The translations under genes and the position numbers were made by a program. A DNA stretch of 64,000 nt, from NCBI GenBank assembly GCA_963745025.1, contig CAVUWD010000019.1, positions 1 to 64,000 on the forward strand. Direction: 5' to 3'. Within the stretch, counting starts at the first letter, position 1; the number at the start of each line of letters is the position of its first letter. Source of the DNA: an uncultured delta proteobacterium. Lineage in GTDB: Bacteria; Desulfobacterota; Binatia; JACPRU01. The notes below the pieces were generated by a model. It was not told where the DNA came from. It ran no database searches and worked only from the letters and a program-made list of their open reading frames with translations. This document shows, one piece after another, positions 54,860-64,000 of the stretch.

Positions 54860-55291
54860 ATGACGCTCCGGTTTCCAAGCAGGATCATCATCGGCTGGAT
54901 GGGGATCGCCGCGGCGTTGATCGTCGCGCCCACGGCCGGCGCCTATCTCTCCTCGACCTGGTACGAGGACGCGAGCGGCTACGAAGAAGCGGTGCGCCAG
55001 CAGAAGGTCTTGCACGCGCCGATGCTCGTCTACTTCCGCACCGACTGGTGCCCGCACTGTCGCGCCTTCGATCAGCTGGTCGAGGACCAGAAGGTGCGTT
55101 CGCAGCTTCGCCCGTACATCAAGGTGCGCGTCAATCCCGAGCACGGCAAGGCCGAGAGGGAGCTCTTCGAGGAGCGCTTCGGCGCCGAGGGCTATCCGGC
55201 GCTCTTTTTCCAGGACTCGGAGACGGCTTCGCCCTCGCGCATCTCCGCCAAAGGGCCGGCGGATCGGTTCGTGGCGCAGTTTGCGCGCTGA
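54860..55291 (+). CDS. Exported thioredoxin-family protein
   Basis: N-terminal hydrophobic segment, FRTDWCPHC, GYP. Confidence 0.85.
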   Translation: MTLRFPSRIIIGWMGIAAALIVAPTAGAYLSSTWYEDASGYEEAVRQQKVLHAPMLVYFRTDWCPHCRAFDQLVEDQKVRSQLRPYIKVRVNPEHGKAERELFEERFGAEGYPALFFQDSETASPSRISAKGPADRFVAQFAR

Positions 55292-55391
55292 AGGAGGGCT
55301 GCCGGCTGCCGACGACCGGCGACCCCGAAAGACGCGACAGCTCCTTTGCGGAAGCTGGCAGCCGTCTTTTCTTGCGTCTCTTTCTTCCGCA

Positions 55392-55420
55392 TTGACATCG
55401 GGCGTCGCGCCCCCTATTAG
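55392..55420 (+). promoter_or_regulatory. Putative sigma70 promoter of the pyr operon
   Basis: TTGACA-17 bp-TATTAG just upstream of the PyrR leader. Confidence 0.55.
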
Positions 55421-55429
55421 CGACGCAGA

Positions 55430-55461
55430 GCCTTTAAGCTGGTCCCGCGAGATCAGGAAGG
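55430..55461 (+). promoter_or_regulatory. PyrR-binding RNA loop
   Basis: CCTTTAA...GGTCCCGCGAGATCAGGAAGG fits the CUUUAA/GUCCnGnGAG consensus; directly upstream of pyrR. Confidence 0.85.
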
Positions 55462-55492
55462 TGAGATGAAGACCGCAGTCAACACTGGCACG

Positions 55493-55527
55493 ACGCCTCC
55501 TCGAAGTGACGGGGGGCGTTTTTTTTT
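55493..55527 (+). terminator. Attenuator terminator of the pyr leader
   Basis: acgcctcc...ggggggcgt stem followed by a T9 tract. Confidence 0.85.
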
Positions 55528-55548
55528 CGCGCGCGCGGGGCTCCGCCA

Positions 55549-56115
55549 ATGAGTAGCCGGAAGCCCGCGGCTAAGATCGTGACGGTGATGGACGCCGACG
55601 CCATACGGCGCGCCATCACCCGCATCGCGCACGAGATCCTCGAGCGCAACAAGGGCACGGACGGCCTCGCGCTCGTCGGCATCCGCTCGCGCGGCGTGCA
55701 CATCGCCGAGCGCATCGCCGACGCGCGATGCGCGGCGATCGAGGCGCGACCGACGTCGCCCGTCGGCGTCGTCGACATCACGCTCTACCGCGACGACCTC
55801 GACGCGCGGCGTGCAGAACCCCGCTGGTGCAGAGGCACCGACATCCCGTTCGCCGATCGAGGGCAAGCGCATCGTGCTGGTCGACGACGTGCTCTATCAC
55901 CGGGCGCACGATCCGCGCCGCGATGGACGCGCTCATGGACTTCGGCCGGCCCGCAGTCGATCCAGCTCGCGGTGCTGGTCGATCGCGGCCACCGCGAGCT
56001 GCCGATCCGCGCCGACTACGTGGGCAAGAACCTGCCGACCTCGCGACGCGAGCAGTCCGTGCAGGTCCGGCTCGCCGAGGCGGACGGCGTCGACGAGGTC
56101 GTGATCGAGGGCTGA
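55549..56115 (+). CDS. pyrR: Bifunctional pyr regulator/uracil phosphoribosyltransferase (apparent frameshifts)
   Basis: RIAHEILERN, DITLYRDD, LVDDVL, DRGHRELPIRADYVGKN. Confidence 0.95.
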   Translation: MSSRKPAAKIVTVMDADAIRRAITRIAHEILERNKGTDGLALVGIRSRGVHIAERIADARCAAIEARPTSPVGVVDITLYRDDLDARRAEPRWCRGTDIPFADRGQAHRAGRRRALSPGARSAPRWTRSWTSAGPQSIQLAVLVDRGHRELPIRADYVGKNLPTSRREQSVQVRLAEADGVDEVVIEG

Positions 56116-56126
56116 GGAGGGCGACC

Positions 56127-57139
56127 ATGGCGTTCACGCAGCGTCACCTGCTCGGCCTCGAAGGGCGTGCCGGCGGACGAGATCAACGCGATCCTCGACA
56201 CCGCAGCCTCCTTCAAGGAGATCTCGGAGCGCGACATCAAGAAGGTGCCGACGCTGCGCGGCAAGACCGTCGTCAACCTGTTCTACGAGGCGAGCACGCG
56301 CACGCGGACCTCGTTCGAGATCGCCGCCAAGCGGCTCTCGGCCGACACCATCAACATCACCGCCTCGACGTCGAGCGCGCAGCAAGGGCGAGACGCTCGC
56401 CGACACGGCGCGCAACCTCGAGGCGATGCGGCCCGACGCGATCGTCATCCGCCACCGTCCTCGGGCGCGCGCGCACCTGCTCGCGCGCGCACGTCGAGCT
56501 GCCCGATCATCAACGCCGGCGACGGCAGCCACGAGCACCCGACGCAGGCGCTGCTCGACCTGCTGCACGATCCGCGAGCAGCAGGGACGAGATCGCCGGG
56601 CTCGACGGTCGCCATCGTCGGCGACATCCTGCACAGCCGCGTCGCGCGCTCGAACCTGCACGCGCCTGCCGCACGCTCGGCGCGACGCGTGCGCCTGGTC
56701 GGCCCGCCGACGCTCCTGCCCGCGAGTTCGCGCAGCTCGGCGTCGCGAGCTCCATCACGACCTCGCGGCGAGGCGTGCGCGACGCCGACGTCATCATGAT
56801 GCTGCGCATCCAGCGCGAGCGGCAGGGCGCCAACTTCTTCCCGTCGCTCGACGAGTACTCGCGCTACTTCTGCCTCGACCGCGGACGCGCGTCGCCGCCG
56901 CCAAGCCGCGACGTCGATCATCCTGCATCCCGGGCCGATCAACCGCGGCATCGAGATCTCGAGCGACGGTCGCCGACGGGCCCGTACTCGGTGATCATGG
57001 ACCAGGTGACCAACGGCGTGGCGGTGCGCATGGCGCTGCTCTACCTGCTCGTCGCGCGCAGCAAGGCCGAGGACGCGAGCGACGCCGAGGCGACGAGGCG
57101 CGAGGAGCCGCGGCGCCGGCGGACGGAGGACGGGCGTGA
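56127..57139 (+). CDS. pyrB: Aspartate carbamoyltransferase catalytic subunit (apparent frameshifts)
   Basis: [48 protein letters not shown]. Confidence 0.95.
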
Positions 57140-58500
57140 GCGCGATCGGCTGGTCGATCGCGGGCGGCACGGCTCGTCGATCCGGCGGCCGGCATCGACG
57201 CGCCCCCGGGACCTCCTGCTCGACGACGGCGTCGATCGCGCGGTCGAGGCGCCCGGGACGTTTCGCTCGACGGCGGACGCGCGCGCGCATCGACGCGCGC
57301 GGGCTGCTCGTCGTGCCCGGCCTCGTCGACATGCACGTCCACCTCCGCGAGCCGGGCTACGAGTACAAGGAGACGATCGCGACCGGCGACGGCGGCGGCG
57401 CGTCGCCGGCGGCTTCACCGTCGGTCGCCTGCATGGCCAACACCAATCCGGTGAACGACAGCGCCGCGGTGACGCGGTTCATCCTCGAGCGGGCGCGGAT
57501 GCGCGGGCTGCGCCCGCGTCTACCCGATCGGCGCGCTCTCGGTCGGGCTCGCGCGGCGAGCGGCTCGCCGAGATCGGCGAGATGCACGCGCGCCGGGATC
57601 GTCGCGGTCTCCGACGACGGCCAGCCCGGTCGATGGACGCCGGGCTCATGCGCCGCGCGCTCGAGTACAGCGCGCATGTTCGACCTCCCGGTGATCGCGC
57701 ACGAGGAGGATCGCGACCTCGCCGCCGGCGGCGTCGATGACACGAGGGGCGTGACGTCGCTCCGGCTCGGCCTGCAAGGGCATGCCCGGCGGCGGCCGAG
57801 GAGGTGATGGTCGCGCGCGACGTCGCGCTCGCTGAGCCTGACCGGCGGCCGCCTGCACATCGCGCACGCTGAGCACGCGCGGGCGCCGTCGCGCTGGTCC
57901 GCGACGGCCAAGGCGCGGCGGGCTCGCCGTCACCGCCGAGGCCACGCCGCATCACCTCTTCGCTCACCGACGAGGCCGTCGACGACTACGACACGCAACG
58001 CCAAGATGGCGCCGCCGCTGCGCACGCGCGGCCGACGTCGAGGCGCTGCGGCGCGGCGCTCGCCGACGGCACGATCGACGCGATCGCCACCGACCACGCC
58101 CCGCACCACCGCGACGAGAAGGACGTCGAGTTCGACAGCGCGGCGAACGGCATCGTCGGCCTCGAGACGGCGCTGCCGCTCGCGCTGCGGCTGGTCACCG
58201 ACGGGCGTTCTCGACCTGCCGACGCTCGTCGCGCCGCTGACGTCGGGGCCGGCGCGCGATCCTCGGCCTCGCGGCGGGCACGCTCGCGCGCGGGGGCGGC
58301 GGCCGACGTGACGCTCGTCGATCCCGGAGCGGCGCTGGCGGGTGGACGCGCGGAGCTTCCGCTCGAAGAGCACGGAACACGCCGTTCGACGGCTGGGAGA
58401 TGACGCGGGCGCGCCGTCGCACGTGCTCGTGGGCGGGCGGCTCGTGCACGACGAGCGGCCCCCGGCGCGCCGGCCCTGCGCAGCGCGGAGTGAGCGATGA
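57136..58500 (+). CDS. pyrC: Dihydroorotase (apparent frameshifts)
   Basis: [40 protein letters not shown]. Confidence 0.92.
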
Positions 58501-59669
58501 GCGATCGACGAGGCGACGACCGGCCCGCCATCCTGGCCCTCGCCGACGGCACCGTGTTCCGCGGCCGCGCCTTCGGCGCGCGCGGCGAGGCGACGGGCGA
58601 GATCGTCTTCAACACCAGCATGACCGGCTACCAGGAGATCCTGACCGACCCGTCGTACGAGGGGCAGCTCGTCGCGCATGACGTACCCCGAGATCGGCAA
58701 CGTCGGCGTGAACCGCGAGGACGTCGAGTCGCGGCGGCCGTTCGTGCGCGGCTTCGTCGTCACGCGAGTACCGGCGAGACGCCGTCGCAACTGGCGCGCG
58801 CGAGGAGAGCCTCGGCGACTACCTCGCGCGCCACGGCATCCCCGGCATCGAGGGCATCGACACGCGCGCGCTCGTCCGCCACCTCCGCGACCACGGTGCG
58901 CAGGAGGCGGTGCTCTCGAGCGTCGATCTCGACGCCGATCGGCTGGTGCGCAAGGCCAAGGACGCTCCGGCCTGGTCGGCCGCGACCTCGTGCGCGAGGT
59001 GACGTGCGCCGAGCCGTACGACTGGACCGAGGGGCCGCTGGGACCTCGGCGAACGGCTACGTGCGCGGACGAGGTCGCCGCGAGCGCGGCGGAAGCCGCT
59101 TCGACGTCGTCGCCTACGACTACGGCATCAAGTGCAACATCCTCCGCAACCTCGTCGGCGTCGGCTGCCGCGTGCGCGTCGTGCCGGCGCGCCACGCCGG
59201 CGGAGGACGTGCTCGCGCTGCAAGCCCGACGGCGTCTTCCTCTCGAACGGCCCGGGCGATCCCGACGCCGTCGCCGGCGCGCTCGAGAACGTGGCCGCGC
59301 TCGCTCGGCAAGGTGCCGATCTTCGGCATCTGCCTCGGCCACCAGATCCTCGGCCTCGCGCTCGGCGGCAAGACCTACAAGCTCAAGTTCGGCCACCACG
59401 GCGGCAACCAGCCGGTGAAGGACCTGACGACGGGCAAGGTCGAGATCACCGCGCAGAACCACGGCTTCGCCGTCGACGTCGACTCGCTCGCCGGCCGCGC
59501 CGAGCTGACGCACGTGAACCTGAACGACCAGCACCGTCGAGGGCCTCGCGCGTGCCGAGGCAGCCGAGCGTTCTCGGTGCAGTACCACCCCGAAGCCTCG
59601 CCGGGCCCGCACGACGCGCGCTATCTCTTCCAGCGCTTCGTCGACCTAATGGACAAGGGGGAGATGTGA
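58497..59669 (+). CDS. carA: Carbamoyl-phosphate synthase small subunit (apparent frameshifts)
   Basis: [42 protein letters not shown]. Confidence 0.96.
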   Translation: MSDRRGDDRPAILALADGTVFRGRAFGARGEATGEIVFNTSMTGYQEILTDPSYEGQLVAHDVPRDRQRRREPRGRRVAAAVRARLRRHASTGETPSQLARARRASATTSRATASPASRASTRARSSATSATTVRRRRCSRASISTPIGWCARPRTLRPGRPRPRARGDVRRAVRLDRGAAGTSANGYVRGRGRRERGGSRFDVVAYDYGIKCNILRNLVGVGCRVRVVPARHAGGGRARAASPTASSSRTARAIPTPSPARSRTWPRSLGKVPIFGICLGHQILGLALGGKTYKLKFGHHGGNQPVKDLTTGKVEITAQNHGFAVDVDSLAGRAELTHVNLNDQHRRGPRACRGSRAFSVQYHPEASPGPHDARYLFQRFVDLMDKGEM

Positions 59670-59719
59670 AAAGATGTAGGGCCACAGTCTTCGCCACGAG
59701 CGTTCCGAGATTGCGAAGC

Positions 59720-59883
59720 GCTGGATTTTCCGGTTGGCCCGTACTCGGGTCGACCGGAAAATCCAGCCACCGCGCGCAGGCGCGGAAAGCAATAAACCAA
59801 CCCGTGGGTTATTGCGTTCCGCGCTCCGCGCGGTTGCGGTCGGTTGTGATCGACCCGAGTACGGGCCGATCACAACCGACCGC
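59720..59883. repeat. Three abutting hairpins in the carA-carB spacer (REP/BIME-like or structured RNA)
   Basis: Stems at 59720-59767, ~59769-59834 and 59836-59883; the outer two carry the same 18-mer in opposite orientation. Confidence 0.75.
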
Positions 59884-59961
59884 GCTCTCCGTCTGCCCGA
59901 AGCATTCGGGGCGAAGACTGAGGCAGTAGGAAGCAACGCCGAGACTGCTCACCAAGCATCC

Positions 59962-63253
<3,292 letters not shown>

Positions 63254-63321
63254 TCGGCGGTCGTGCGGTTCCGTATAGATTCGAACGAGCGGCCGGAATA
63301 TCCCTGACGAGAAGAGGAACC

Positions 63322-64000
63322 ATGGAGGCTCGCAGCGTTTCCGCGGTCGATCAGCTGCTGCGCATCGTCGAGCCGCCGCTGCGCTACCTCGCCACTGCAC
63401 ATCCGAGGCGGCTCGCGCCGAACGCGCTGCCGACCGCGAGGATCTTCGAGCTCATCGACCGGGCGGCAGAAGAAGGCAGGGCAGATCGGGGGGCGCTCGA
63501 ACGACTGCGCGCGCTGGTGGCCGACTTCCCGCTCGACGCCGAAGACGTGCGGCATCGGCGCGCCGCGGAGGGGCTGCGCGAGATCGAGCGTCTGAAGCAG
63601 TCGCCCGTGCCCGCCACGCTTTATGCGGCGACGGACGGCGACCTCGGTCCGGCGCTCGCGCTGCTCGCGGCGTCGGCGCAGTTCGTGAAAGGCGTCGGCC
63701 CGAAGCGGGCGGAGCAGCTCGCACGCTTCGGCATCGCCACGGTCGAGGACGTTCTCTATCACCTGCCGTTCCGCTACGAGGACCGCCGCTCGCTGACGCC
63801 GATCGCGCAGCTCGTGCCGGGATCGGAAGCCACCGTCGCCGGCGAGGTCGTCGCCGTCGGCACCTCCTACGCCGGCCGGCGCCGGCGGCGCGTCCTCGAG
63901 GCGAAGGCGAGCGACGGCGGCGCGGTACTGACGCTCACGTGGTTCCATCAGATCGGCTACTTCGAGCAGAAGCTGAAGGCCGGTACGCGAGTCGTTCTCC
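63322..64000 (+). CDS. recG: ATP-dependent DNA helicase RecG, 5' part (runs off the window)
   Basis: FVKGVGPKRAEQLARFGIATVEDVLYHLPFRYEDRR and wedge-domain start, read directly from sequence. Confidence 0.88.
   Translation, partial: MEARSVSAVDQLLRIVEPPLRYLATAHPRRLAPNALPTARIFELIDRAAEEGRADRGALERLRALVADFPLDAEDVRHRRAAEGLREIERLKQSPVPATLYAATDGDLGPALALLAASAQFVKGVGPKRAEQLARFGIATVEDVLYHLPFRYEDRRSLTPIAQLVPGSEATVAGEVVAVGTSYAGRRRRRVLEAKASDGGAVLTLTWFHQIGYFEQKLKAGTRVVL

Overview
GC-rich bacterial chromosome segment. Gene content suggests a Deltaproteobacteria/Binatota-like organism, but this is inference only. Roughly 1-31 kb and 36-43 kb are an accessory mosaic of intact small metabolic and stress genes (GSTs, SnoaL/NTF2, LLM and PPOX flavin/F420-type enzymes, EthD, katG, hemerythrin, NhaP, TamA/TamB, OprB). 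These are interleaved with many gene fragments, IS remnants (IS1380, IS1202/ISNCY, IS110) and two tRNA 3'-half att-like scars. Core-like blocks are rlmN-mtnP-pfkB-GT2, a polysaccharide/nucleotide-sugar cluster, lepA-lepB, a vanadium haloperoxidase, a PyrR-attenuated pyrR-pyrB-pyrC-carA-carB operon and the start of recG. Two stretches (about 46.8-51.4 kb and 55.7-62.8 kb) have dense single-base frameshifts in essential genes, most likely long-read consensus errors. The most notable unannotated signal is four same-orientation copies of a 28-bp 11-6-11 dif/Xer-like site. Three copies are extended to about 85-90 bp and sit inside a ~5 kb block bounded by a diverged duplicate of a convergent gene junction, and two of them bracket a GST gene like a cassette. 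Further gene-tail duplications (lepA 3' end x3) and long palindromic elements also occur. No integrase, CRISPR array or intact tRNA/rRNA gene was seen.
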